DNA of 64,000 nucleotides, taken from positions 1 to 64,000 of IMG/VR virus record IMGVR_UViG_3300029448_000015, one strand, 5' to 3'. Positions 19,488 through 28,248 of this stretch are shown in pieces. The position numbers and the translations under genes are program-made. Source of the stretch: a virus. Each line of letters begins with the position of its first letter. Position 1 is the stretch's first letter. The notes below the pieces were generated by a model that was not told the DNA's origin, made no database searches, and saw only the letters and a list, made by a program, of their open reading frames with translations.

Positions 19488-19654
19488 ACTCCCTTTTCTT
19501 TTCTATTCGATAAAATAACATTGCAAGCTTCTAGTCTTTTTGTTTCTTCCTCAGTGTTCAACCAAGTACACATACTTAAAGCTTTCTGCATATTTTTTAT
19601 GGCCCATCTTGGTTGGTTTTTTCCTACGATTTTTAACGCTTCCTGTTTATTCAT
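19478..19654 (-). CDS. Hypothetical 58-aa phage protein (not in ORF track)
   Basis: MNKQEALKIVGKNQPRWAIKNMQKALSMCTWLNTEEETKRLEAC...; overlaps both neighbours at start/stop. Confidence 0.6.
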   Translation of the reverse strand: MNKQEALKIVGKNQPRWAIKNMQKALSMCTWLNTEEETKRLEACNVILSNRKEKGVWR

Positions 19655-19853
19655 CATTTTGTAGTTCCTCCTCTAAGTCTTCTAAGAATTTATCCATGTC
19701 TGGAAGATTAGATATTTCCTTTGACACACTTGATACTGACCAGTCCATAATAAATGGTCTTATCATTTGTCCTCTTTTCCACATTTGATCTCTCGTCCCA
19801 GTCCCTTTGATTTTCCCTTTGACAATCAAGTGGTATTTTTTCCAATTAGTCAT
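19647..19853 (-). CDS. Hypothetical early protein
   Basis: ORF track, SD present. Confidence 0.55.
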   Translation of the reverse strand: MTNWKKYHLIVKGKIKGTGTRDQMWKRGQMIRPFIMDWSVSSVSKEISNLPDMDKFLEDLEEELQNDE

Positions 19854-19856
19854 CTT

Positions 19857-20051
19857 TTATTGCTCCCGTATTAAATATTTTTTTAAGTAACAAAAACCCT
19901 CATAAGAGATATCATCTTTAACGGTCATCCTTAAAAGTTCCTCCGTTAATTCCTTTGAGGTTAAGTCTTTACGGTCTCCATAAATTGCCTCAAATGTCAC
20001 TTGTAATTGTGCCAATTTGAGAGCTTCATCTGCCCAAATATTTCCTTCCAT
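19857..20051 (-). CDS. Hypothetical early protein
   Basis: ORF track, SD aggag. Confidence 0.55.
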   Translation of the reverse strand: MEGNIWADEALKLAQLQVTFEAIYGDRKDLTSKELTEELLRMTVKDDISYEGFCYLKKYLIREQ

Positions 20052-20153
20052 CTTTTATTACTCCTGCTATAAGTTTGTATCTGCCTACTCTTTAGAATAG
20101 ACAGATAAAAACTCCCCCTAATTAAAGAGGGAGAGTGTCTAGATAATGAAGCT

Positions 20154-20393
20154 TTATTTGAAAGAATTTTCTCCGACTAGTTGGTCTATAAAGTTTTGCT
20201 CAACTGCCCGACCAATAGCCTTACCCCCTAAATATTTATTAATGTGTCTAGTCGTTGTTTGACTGTACCATGCGTTAGTCCTGAAAGCTCCGCTATCGTC
20301 CCAACCTGCTACTGGTGTCTGATAGCTAAAGAGTATTGAGACCCCATTAATATTTAATTCGGTCATGTTTGATGCTAAAGGTTTAATGTTCAT
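20154..20393 (-). CDS. Conserved phage early protein (LFSYxTPVA...YSxTTxRHINK family)
   Basis: Motif recognisable from many phage first-early genes; directly downstream of a sigma70 promoter. Confidence 0.7.
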   Translation of the reverse strand: MNIKPLASNMTELNINGVSILFSYQTPVAGWDDSGAFRTNAWYSQTTTRHINKYLGGKAIGRAVEQNFIDQLVGENSFK

Positions 20394-20426
20394 TCTGTTA
20401 CTCGTCTGTTTGTTTAAGGTGGAACC

Positions 20427-20456
20427 AATATATAACTATATACATATATATGTCAA
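20427..20456 (-). promoter_or_regulatory. Sigma70-type early promoter
   Basis: TTGACA-N18-TATATT on the - strand. Confidence 0.6.
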
Positions 20457-20603
20457 CTAATATTTAAAATTATTTTATAGCGTTATTAACTGGGGAGTAT
20501 CTGGGAGGAACTTGAGGAAATATTCTTAGGGGGTTAATAGAGGTGCTAATGGCTCCCATTGCTCCACACTCATTGTCAATCTATGGATTCACTGAGTAGG
20601 TTA

Positions 20604-20615
20604 GTGAGCACTCAC
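20604..20615. promoter_or_regulatory. Palindrome GTGAGCACTCAC, SlmA-binding-site-like
   Basis: 11/12 match to the SlmA consensus GTGAGTACTCAC. Confidence 0.5.
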
Positions 20616-20860
20616 TGGGGCGATAGAGTCTATAGAAATACTAAGGCGGGGTCATTTGATGGATGGGGGGACACCTAGCATACTTAGTAATATTAGTAGG
20701 TGCTACCCAGATACAAGAAAGAGTAATTTTAGAAAAATAGGTCTAATGGGAATAACTCCGTTCCCTAAACAATTCTTTTATTTCATTAATAATCAATCTG
20801 TTATTCCTTCTAAGAATAAAAAGGGTTGATATTGAAAAAGGACAGTGTAGTTAAGGGGAA

Positions 20861-20872
20861 GTGAGTACTCAC
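20861..20872. promoter_or_regulatory. Palindrome GTGAGTACTCAC, exact SlmA-binding-site consensus
   Basis: Perfect 14-bp palindrome AGTGAGTACTCACT; forms a 17-bp inverted repeat (1 mismatch) with 20600-20616. Confidence 0.55.
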
Positions 20873-20958
20873 TAACTTAATCTTTTTATAAATTTAGTGT
20901 ACTTTTATTTGAATGTATGATAAAAGTCAGGGCATCTAAAGGTCTGCCCACAATAACT

Positions 20959-21360
20959 ATGGAAAACTTACCTAAGAAAAAAAGGGGTAGACCCAAAAAA
21001 TCTGAGTTGTCTTTAAATAAAGCAGGAAATCGAGGTCAAATAGGAAGACCTAAAGGCGATACTGCGATTATTAATGAATACAAGTCCAGAATGTTATCTT
21101 CCCCTAAGTCCAGAAAAGTATTGGACTCCATTATGGATGCTGCTTTAGACAACGAGCATAAGAATCAAGCAGCAGCATGGAAACTGTTAATGGACAGAAT
21201 GCTGCCGATTAGTTATTTTGAGAAAGACAAGACAACTGGAGGCAGGAGTAACATTTCAATTACTATCTCTGGGTTAGGAGTCAATGAGACTTCTAACGTA
21301 GAAGACTCTTTAAATTTAGAAGAAAGTGTAATTGAAGGGACTTACACGAATAATGTTTAA
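20959..21360 (+). CDS. Putative terminase small subunit
   Basis: KRGRPKK / GRPKG DNA-binding motifs, AWKLLMDRMLP; first gene of the late arm, upstream of terL. Confidence 0.65.
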   Translation: MENLPKKKRGRPKKSELSLNKAGNRGQIGRPKGDTAIINEYKSRMLSSPKSRKVLDSIMDAALDNEHKNQAAAWKLLMDRMLPISYFEKDKTTGGRSNISITISGLGVNETSNVEDSLNLEESVIEGTYTNNV

Positions 21361-21700
21361 ATACTTTGAGCTAGATGAGTTTACTTGTTCTGAAACAGGT
21401 AAAAATGAGATGCAGGAAGGATTTATTCATTTATTAGACTCTTTAAGAGAAAGTTGTGATTTCCCTTTTAAGATTACGTCAGGCTATAGAGACAGAACGC
21501 ACTCTGCTGAGAGTAATAAAACTACAGTAGGTCAGCATACATTAGGATGTGCAGCAGATATTTACATTGATAATGGTGTGAGAAGATACGAAATTGTCCA
21601 GCAAGCAATGTTATTAGGTTTTAAAGGGATCGGTATCGCTAAAACCTTTGTTCATGTCGATACTAGGGCATCAAACCATAAAGTTATTTGGACGTATTAA
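21353..21700 (+). CDS. Peptidase M15A endolysin (Zn D-Ala-D-Ala peptidase)
   Basis: KYF...EF.C, ITSGYR, H..G.AADI, FVHVD. Confidence 0.85.
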   Translation: MFKYFELDEFTCSETGKNEMQEGFIHLLDSLRESCDFPFKITSGYRDRTHSAESNKTTVGQHTLGCAADIYIDNGVRRYEIVQQAMLLGFKGIGIAKTFVHVDTRASNHKVIWTY

Positions 21701-21706
21701 TAAAAT

Positions 21707-21829
21707 ATGTCTCAATCTGAAGAAATTAAAAAACATTTAAAAAGATCAGTATCTCAAACAGAACTCTTAGAACGACAAAGAAAAGTAATTAAAGAACAAA
21801 CAGCATTAATTAATAAATTATTATCTTAG
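21707..21829 (+). CDS. Hypothetical 40-aa coiled-coil microprotein
   Basis: MSQSEEIKKHLKRS...LLS*. Confidence 0.4.
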   Translation: MSQSEEIKKHLKRSVSQTELLERQRKVIKEQTALINKLLS

Positions 21830-21860
21830 TAAATAAAAGTTGTTTGGACTTATTCGTAAA

Positions 21861-22013
21861 ATGTGGAAACTTTGGTGTCTTTCTTTAGGAGAAAAAGCAA
21901 GCGATAACTCTAAAGAAGCAGACATCGTAGCATTGTTTAGGACAGTTATTGTTTTACTTAATGCAGTAACTTGTTTATTTATTATTAGCGGTATTATTAG
22001 GCATTGGGGATAA
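21861..22013 (+). CDS. Conserved 50-aa membrane microprotein (W..SLGEKA...EAD.VA..RT family)
   Basis: Near-identical homolog at 57461-57619 (-). Confidence 0.75.
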   Translation: MWKLWCLSLGEKASDNSKEADIVALFRTVIVLLNAVTCLFIISGIIRHWG

Positions 22014-22096
22014 TGAAAAAAGATAAACCTAAAGATAAGCGTAAACTTAATCATATAAATTGGAAGATTAAACTTTGGGCTAGTAGTAGTAATTAA
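22013..22096 (+). CDS. 27-aa basic microprotein
   Basis: HINWKIKLW resembles HLNWKVNLW of 47468-47647; coupled start/stop. Confidence 0.4.
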   Translation: MKKDKPKDKRKLNHINWKIKLWASSSN

Positions 22097-22123
22097 ACTG
22101 ATTAATTTAAAAGCAATATAAAT

Positions 22124-23386
22124 ATGGCTGAAAGTGCATTAGACATTAAGCTGTTACCGTGGCAACAAGAGGTTTGGAATGATCCTGTACGCTTTAAAAT
22201 TGTTGCAGCAGGAAGACGTACAGGTAAATCACGTTTAGCAGCATGGCTTTTAATTGTTAACGCTTTACAGAAAGATCGCTCTATTGTTTTTTATGTCGCT
22301 CCAACTCAGGGGCAAGCTAGAGACATTATGTGGGATACGCTAATGGATTTAGGGCATCCCGTTATTTCTTCTAGTCATATAAACAATTTACAAATTAAAT
22401 TAATTAATGGTTCTACAATTTCATTAAAGGGTGGCGACAGGCCAGAAACTATGCGGGGTGTCTCGCTAAAGTTTTTAGTCTTAGATGAGTATGCAGACAT
22501 TAAATCTGAAGTCTGGGAACAGATCCTTAGACCAGCACTTGCTGACCAAAAAGGTCAGGCATTATTTATCGGGACACCTATGGGTAGAAATCATTTTTAT
22601 GAATTATATAAATATGGTGAATTTGAAGAAGACCCTTCCTATAAGTCTTGGCACTTTACAAGTTATGACAATCCTCTTTTAGACAAAGAGGAAATTAATT
22701 CAGCAAAGAAATCTATGTCAAGTTATGCGTTTCGACAGGAATTTATGGCTTCCTTTGAAGCAAGAGGCTCTGAAGTATTTAAAGAAGATTGGGTTAAATT
22801 TAGTGAAGAAAAACCAGAGAACTTTGATTGTTATGTTGCAGTAGATATTTCTGGTTTTCAAGATTTAATTAAAAAGAAAACAAAAAATAAACGCTTGGAC
22901 AATACATCAATATGTGTTGTTTTTGTTAATGAGGATGGTTGGTACGTAGAAAATATAGTGTATGGTAGATGGACAGTTGAAGAAACAGCACAAAAGATTT
23001 TTCAAGTCGTAAAGGATTATAAACCTTTATGTGTCGGTATTGAGAGGTGTATTTCGTATCAAGCTGTTATGCCTCCTCTATTAGACATGATGAGAAGAAA
23101 CAATTTCTTTTTTCATATTGAAGAACTTTTACACAACAACGTCAAAAAAATTGATAGAGTTATTTGGGCTTTACAGGGTAGGTTTGAAAACGGCATTATT
23201 ACGTTAAATAAAGGGGCATGGAATAGTCGCTTTTTAGATGAGTTATTTCAGTTTCCTGATATATTAACGCATGATGATTTAGTGGATTCTTTAGCGTACA
23301 TAGATCAATTAGCAAAAGTAACTTATAGCGGTAATTATGAAGAATTATCAGACTTTGAAATAATTGATTCTGTCGCGGGGTATTAA
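22124..23386 (+). CDS. terL: Terminase large subunit
   Basis: AAGRRTGKS Walker A, LVLDE Walker B, GTP.G.N.FY, RNase H D(ISG), HDDLVDSLAY. Confidence 0.95.
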   Translation: MAESALDIKLLPWQQEVWNDPVRFKIVAAGRRTGKSRLAAWLLIVNALQKDRSIVFYVAPTQGQARDIMWDTLMDLGHPVISSSHINNLQIKLINGSTISLKGGDRPETMRGVSLKFLVLDEYADIKSEVWEQILRPALADQKGQALFIGTPMGRNHFYELYKYGEFEEDPSYKSWHFTSYDNPLLDKEEINSAKKSMSSYAFRQEFMASFEARGSEVFKEDWVKFSEEKPENFDCYVAVDISGFQDLIKKKTKNKRLDNTSICVVFVNEDGWYVENIVYGRWTVEETAQKIFQVVKDYKPLCVGIERCISYQAVMPPLLDMMRRNNFFFHIEELLHNNVKKIDRVIWALQGRFENGIITLNKGAWNSRFLDELFQFPDILTHDDLVDSLAYIDQLAKVTYSGNYEELSDFEIIDSVAGY

Positions 23387-23389
23387 AAT

Positions 23390-25501
23390 ATGGCTTATGG
23401 TGATGATAATAAACCTTCAATGATGCAAGAGTCATTGGAGAGTTGGGTAATATATAAGTGTGACCAGTGGAGAGATCACTTTGAATCGAATTACTCAGAA
23501 AAGTTTGATGAGTATTATCGGTTATGGCGAGGCATCTGGGCAAAAGAAGATGTTACTAGAGATTCAGAGAGATCTAAAATTATTTCTCCTGCATTGCAAC
23601 AGGCAGTTGAAAGCTCTGTTGCTGAAATAGAAGAAGCTACTTTCGGAAGAGGAAAGTTTTTTGACATTAGAGATGACGCTGGTGATCCCGAAAATAGAGA
23701 CATTGTTTTTTTAAGGGAACAATTACATAAAGACTTTCAAAAAAGTAAAGTTAGAAAGTCAGTAGCAGAGTGTTTAATTAACTCTGCTGTATTTGGTACA
23801 GGAATTGGAGAAGTTGTTTTAGAGGAAGAAAAAGAAATGACTCCTGCTACTCAGCCCATTATGGGAGGTGAGTTAACCGCAGTAGGAGTTAATGTTAGGG
23901 ATAGAATCACCTGTAAGTTACGCCCTGTCATGCCTCAAAATTTCCTCATTGATCCTGTTGCTACTTCAATTGAGGAAGCCTCTGGTGTAGCGATTGATGA
24001 GTTTGTCTCCCTACATACAGTAGAGCAACTACAAGAATCAGGTGTCTATCGTAAAGTAAATGTTGCATCTGCTTCTTCTGATTATGACATCGAGCCAGAT
24101 CAAGATTTAACTATTTACCCAGATGATAAAGTCCGTCTGACAAAATACTATGGTTTAGTCCCTCGTTATTTATTTTTAGATGCTCAAGCACAACTAGAGT
24201 TTCTTGAGGAGCAAGAAGAATTAGGGGAAGAAGGTTTAGCAGAGTTAGAACAACGTGAACAAGAAGAAGGTTTAGAAAACGAAGAAGGAACGGAAGAAGA
24301 AAGCTATTACGTAGAAGCAGTTGTTGTTATTGCAAACAATGGTACGTTATTAAAAGTTGAAATAAACCCATACATGATGGGAGATAGACCTGTTGTAGCT
24401 TTCCCGTGGGATGTTGTTCCTTCTCGTTTTTGGGGCAGAGGGGTTTGTGAAAAAGGATACAACAGTCAAAAAGCATTAGACGCAGAAATTAGAGCACGTA
24501 TTGATGCTTTAGCTTTAACAGTACACCCTATGTTAGCAATGGACGCTACCCGAATACCTAGAGGGTCTAGGCCGGAAGTAAAAGCAGGTAAAGTTATTTT
24601 AACTAATGGTAATCCTGCTGAAGTCTTACAGCCTTTTAACTTTGGACAAGTAAATCAAATTACTTTTGCACAGGCTGATGCTTTGCAAAAGATGGTACAG
24701 ACTGCTACAGGGGCTATTGATTCTGCTGGTTTTGCTGGCTCAGTCAATAAAGACTCTACAGCAGCAGGGATTAGTATGTCTTTAGGTGCGATTATTAAAC
24801 GCCACAAAAGAACGCTAATCAATTTCCAAGAATCTTTCTTAATTCCTTTTGTTACTAAAGCAGCCCATCGCTACATGCAGTTTGATCCTGAGAACTATCC
24901 TGTAGCAGACTATCGGTTTGATGCGGTATCTACGTTAGGGCTAATGGCAAGAGAGTACGAAGTAACTCAATTAGTCCAGTTGTTACAAACTATGCAAGCA
25001 GATTCACCTATCTATGGTCAGTTAGTAGAAGCTATTATTGATAATATGAATCTCAGTAATCGGGAAGAATTGTTGAGTCGTATACAGCAAGCTTCTCAAA
25101 GTTCTCCAGAAGAACAACAAGCGGCTGCACTTTCACAACAATCTCAGATTGCTTTCCAAGAAGCTCAAACTTCTGCTCTTTCTGGACAAGCAGCAGAATC
25201 TCAAGCTAGAGCTAGGAAGATAGTTACAGAGACAGAATTAATGCCTGAAGAATTACAAATTGATCGTTTAAAAGCAGTCACTACTAATTTAAGAGCAGGT
25301 ACTGAGGACGATAAAGAGTTTGAAAGAAGGCTTAAAGTAGCTAATTTATTAATTAAAGAAGGTTCTCAAACATCTTCTCCTCCTAATGGTATTGTTTCGC
25401 AACAATTTACAGAACAGCCAGAACAGCCAGAACAGCCAGAACAATCTCTTCCAGATAATATAATGGAGTTTGCTCCCGATGGTCAGCCACAGAGAACTTA
25501 A
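23390..25501 (+). CDS. Portal protein (P22-like)
   Basis: 703 aa after terL; FWGRGV, NF.IDP.A motifs. Confidence 0.85.
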   Translation: MAYGDDNKPSMMQESLESWVIYKCDQWRDHFESNYSEKFDEYYRLWRGIWAKEDVTRDSERSKIISPALQQAVESSVAEIEEATFGRGKFFDIRDDAGDPENRDIVFLREQLHKDFQKSKVRKSVAECLINSAVFGTGIGEVVLEEEKEMTPATQPIMGGELTAVGVNVRDRITCKLRPVMPQNFLIDPVATSIEEASGVAIDEFVSLHTVEQLQESGVYRKVNVASASSDYDIEPDQDLTIYPDDKVRLTKYYGLVPRYLFLDAQAQLEFLEEQEELGEEGLAELEQREQEEGLENEEGTEEESYYVEAVVVIANNGTLLKVEINPYMMGDRPVVAFPWDVVPSRFWGRGVCEKGYNSQKALDAEIRARIDALALTVHPMLAMDATRIPRGSRPEVKAGKVILTNGNPAEVLQPFNFGQVNQITFAQADALQKMVQTATGAIDSAGFAGSVNKDSTAAGISMSLGAIIKRHKRTLINFQESFLIPFVTKAAHRYMQFDPENYPVADYRFDAVSTLGLMAREYEVTQLVQLLQTMQADSPIYGQLVEAIIDNMNLSNREELLSRIQQASQSSPEEQQAAALSQQSQIAFQEAQTSALSGQAAESQARARKIVTETELMPEELQIDRLKAVTTNLRAGTEDDKEFERRLKVANLLIKEGSQTSSPPNGIVSQQFTEQPEQPEQPEQSLPDNIMEFAPDGQPQRT
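25410..25444 (+). repeat. 9-bp tandem repeat (EQP)x3 in portal C-terminus
   Basis: agaacagcc x3. Confidence 0.85.
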
Positions 25502-25649
25502 TGATATTGTTGCTCAAATTAACAAACATTTTGATTTAATTTTTAGTAAACTAGAAGCATTAGAAAATGAAGTCAAACAACAAAAAACAAGATCCAAGAC
25601 TAAAAAAACTAGGTCTAAACTCCTACAATCAAACGAAGAGGACTCCTAA
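25479..25649 (+). CDS. Small coiled-coil protein following portal
   Basis: MVSHRELNDIVAQINKHF..., SD ggag upstream. Confidence 0.5.
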   Translation: MVSHRELNDIVAQINKHFDLIFSKLEALENEVKQQKTRSKTKKTRSKLLQSNEEDS

Positions 25650-25866
25650 CCATGCTACAAAGTCACACGTTGTTGTCGCAAAGGAGGGTGATAAAATCAA
25701 GACAATCCGCTTTGGTCAACAGGGGGCGAAGACGGCAGGGTCTTATAAGAAGGGAGAAAGCAAAGCCACTACTGCTAAACGAAAAAGTTTTAAATCCCGA
25801 CACGCTAAAAATATAGCTAGAGGGAAGATGTCAGCAGCTTGGTGGGCAAATCGTGAAAAATGGTAG
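25567..25866 (+). CDS. Small basic protein (K.IRFGQQG family)
   Basis: Homolog at 47146-47439. Confidence 0.8.
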   Translation: MKSNNKKQDPRLKKLGLNSYNQTKRTPNHATKSHVVVAKEGDKIKTIRFGQQGAKTAGSYKKGESKATTAKRKSFKSRHAKNIARGKMSAAWWANREKW

Positions 25867-26056
25867 TATTTAAAATTAACTTTAATGAAATGGAGGAAAG
25901 TAATAACTAAATGGTATTTGACATTATTTGTTTTATTGGATTATTAGGAGTAGTAGGACTAGCGTTTTTACCGGAAGAATTGAGCAGACAACAGAAGTTC
26001 AGATCAAATCCATTTAATTTTTATTTTCATAATTATTTTTAGATAGGAGAAGATAA

Positions 26057-26161
26057 ATGCCAAAAGGTAAAGGAACTTATGGTTCAACCAGAGGAAGACC
26101 GCCAATGAAAGGTACAAAGAAAAAGAATAAAAAGAAAAAAATGATTAATCGGACTTACTAA
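26057..26161 (+). CDS. 34-aa basic microprotein (MPKGKGTYGS..GRPP)
   Basis: SD aggag; coupled to the next gene. Confidence 0.65.
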   Translation: MPKGKGTYGSTRGRPPMKGTKKKNKKKKMINRTY

Positions 26162-26319
26162 TGGCTACAACAAAGTTAACTGCTAGACAAAAAACTACGT
26201 TAGAAAAACATTCTAAACATCATTCTGCTAAACACATGGCGATGATGAGAAAAGAAATGAAAGCAGGTCTAACTTTTACACAGGCGCATAAGAAAGCTCA
26301 AAAGAAAGTAGGGACATAA
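26161..26319 (+). CDS. 52-aa basic His-rich protein
   Basis: KHSKHHSAKHM..MRKEMKAG.TFTQAHKKA; TAATG coupling at both ends. Confidence 0.7.
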   Translation: MATTKLTARQKTTLEKHSKHHSAKHMAMMRKEMKAGLTFTQAHKKAQKKVGT

Positions 26320-26525
26320 TGACTAGAACAAAAACCCCAGTTAAAAAGAAAAGTAAATCTAGGGTTAATGAAGCTGGTAATTATACAAAACCTACTATGC
26401 GTAAAAACTTGTTTAATAAAATTAAAGCAGGTTCTAAAGGAGGGAGTGCTGGTCAATGGTCTGGGCGTAAAGCACAAATGTTAGCAAAAGAATACAAAGC
26501 TAAAGGTGGAGGTTACAGGAGTTAA
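26319..26525 (+). CDS. Small basic protein (GNYTKPTMRK...GQWS.RKAQ)
   Basis: Homolog at 46577-46765. Confidence 0.8.
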   Translation: MTRTKTPVKKKSKSRVNEAGNYTKPTMRKNLFNKIKAGSKGGSAGQWSGRKAQMLAKEYKAKGGGYRS

Positions 26526-26779
26526 TGACTCTTAAAAAATCTCAAAAAAGTCTTAAAAACTGGACTTCCCAAAATTGGAAGACTAAAAGCGGAAAACCTA
26601 GCACTCAGGGTAAGTCTGCTACTGGAGAGAGATACCTTCCTGCTGCTGCGATTAAGTCTTTGTCGGATAAAGAGTACGCTGCTACTACAAGAAAAAAACG
26701 TGCTGATACTAAAAAAGGTAAAAAGACTAGCAAGCAACCTAAGAAGATTGCAAAGAAAACGAGATCTTACAGAAAATAA
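26525..26779 (+). CDS. Small basic protein (DUF5872-like)
   Basis: SQKSLK.WT.Q.W.TKSGK...ERYLP; homolog at 46765-47013. Confidence 0.8.
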   Translation: MTLKKSQKSLKNWTSQNWKTKSGKPSTQGKSATGERYLPAAAIKSLSDKEYAATTRKKRADTKKGKKTSKQPKKIAKKTRSYRK

Positions 26780-26783
26780 AAGC

Positions 26784-26812
26784 TTTACAGGGTATTTTCT
26801 TTTTGGTAGGCT
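26784..26812 (+). promoter_or_regulatory. Sigma70-like late promoter for the head operon
   Basis: TTTACA-N17-TAGGCT with extended -10 TG. Confidence 0.5.
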
Positions 26813-26854
26813 CGGCTAAATCTAACTTATCTGTCCTTTGTAGGAAAAACGGAT

Positions 26855-27118
26855 ATGGAACAAGTAGAAGAAGACAAGAAATTTGAAGAATACGTGTTTG
26901 AAATGCGTAACTTATTTAGATCTGAAGGGTGGAAGTATTTTATAAATGATGTAGAAACATCTATAAAAAATATAAACTCTTTAGAAACAACTAAAGATTC
27001 AGAAGATTTATTTTTTAAGAAAGGGCAACTCTTAGTAATGAATAACTGCCTTAATCTTGAAACTCAACTTGAAACTTTAGTAACGCAAAGAAACTCTGAA
27101 CCCTCAGAAGAGGTATAA
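26855..27118 (+). CDS. Conserved hypothetical head-module protein
   Basis: LF.SEGWK.F...L.F.KGQL pattern, upstream of scaffold. Confidence 0.7.
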   Translation: MEQVEEDKKFEEYVFEMRNLFRSEGWKYFINDVETSIKNINSLETTKDSEDLFFKKGQLLVMNNCLNLETQLETLVTQRNSEPSEEV

Positions 27119-27352
27119 ATGAGAATGTTGTTTGACTTCAGGTGTTCTGAAGGTCATGTAACAGAACATTTTACTACTAAGGATACTTCAGAAGTTTCCT
27201 GTCTTATTTGTGGTAAAGCTGCAAATAGGATTATATCTCCTGTTAGGAGTGTTTTAGACCCAATAAGCGGTGATTTTTTAGGTGCTACACGTAAATGGGC
27301 AAAGCACAGAGAGCAGCAGATTAAAAAAGAACGTAAGGAAGAGTACCAATAA
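27119..27352 (+). CDS. FmdB-like zinc-ribbon protein
   Basis: FDFRC..GH..E...C..CG..A.RIIS. Confidence 0.7.
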   Translation: MRMLFDFRCSEGHVTEHFTTKDTSEVSCLICGKAANRIISPVRSVLDPISGDFLGATRKWAKHREQQIKKERKEEYQ

Positions 27353-27403
27353 CTTCCTTATTTATTCCACAATACTCTTTAGAAGTACGGAATCCTATAA
27401 ATT

Positions 27404-28225
27404 ATGGCTAGATTCATAGACGATAATATTGCAGAGCGTCCTGAACAAGAGGAACTAACTTTAAATTCTCCAGAAGAAAACACTGAACCTGTAGATATAG
27501 CGCAGCAAATTCAGCAAGATAGTGAAGAACAGCCCACTGAGCTAGGACTTCCTGATAAATACCAAGATAAATCGGTACAGGATTTAGTTCAGATGCACCA
27601 AGAAGCTGAAAAGCTTTTAGGTAGACAAAGTTCTGAAGTAGGAGAATTAAGAAAAGTAGTTGATACTTATATTCAGACACAACTCTCAGAACAACAGAAA
27701 GCACCAGAAACCACTCCTGTTGAAGAAGAGATTGATTATTTTTCTGATCCAGAGAAAGCAGTAAATAAAGCTATTGAGAATCATCCTAAGATTCGAGAAG
27801 CAGAGGAATTAAGCCAACAGTACAAAAAAACAAATGCTTTGGCTACATTATCTCAAAAACATCCTGATATGGAGAATATCCTAAAGGATGATGGCTTTGC
27901 GAAATGGATTAAAGATTCTAGTATTCGTACTAAGCTTTATGTACAAGCAGACAAGCAGTTTGATTATGAAGCTGCTGATGAGCTTTTCTCGCTTTGGAAA
28001 GATAGGAAACAAGTAGTTGCTCAGACTGTTCAGAATGAAAAGAACACTAGGAAGCAAGCATTAAAGACTGCTTCTACTGGTTCAGTTTCTGGAAGTTCAG
28101 AGAAACCTACGAGAAAAATCTATCGAAGACAGGATATTATTGATCTAATGAAAAATGATCCTGACCGATATATGGCTTTATCAGATGAAATCTTAACGGC
28201 ATATGCGGAAAAAAGGGTCAAGTAA
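27404..28225 (+). CDS. Capsid scaffolding protein
   Basis: Acidic helical protein, PDKYQ.KS...M..EAEK..GRQ..EVGELRK, C-terminal AYAE.RVK; precedes MCP. Confidence 0.85.
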   Translation: MARFIDDNIAERPEQEELTLNSPEENTEPVDIAQQIQQDSEEQPTELGLPDKYQDKSVQDLVQMHQEAEKLLGRQSSEVGELRKVVDTYIQTQLSEQQKAPETTPVEEEIDYFSDPEKAVNKAIENHPKIREAEELSQQYKKTNALATLSQKHPDMENILKDDGFAKWIKDSSIRTKLYVQADKQFDYEAADELFSLWKDRKQVVAQTVQNEKNTRKQALKTASTGSVSGSSEKPTRKIYRRQDIIDLMKNDPDRYMALSDEILTAYAEKRVK

Positions 28226-28248
28226 CCAGTTATAGGAGAAATTAACTA

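Noticed and set aside
26522-26737. Antisense ORFs over the DUF5872-like genes in both phages (also 46782-47075)
   Set aside because: F/L/S-rich mirror of Lys-rich codons, no SD, and starts and stops are not conserved, unlike the polA nested ORF
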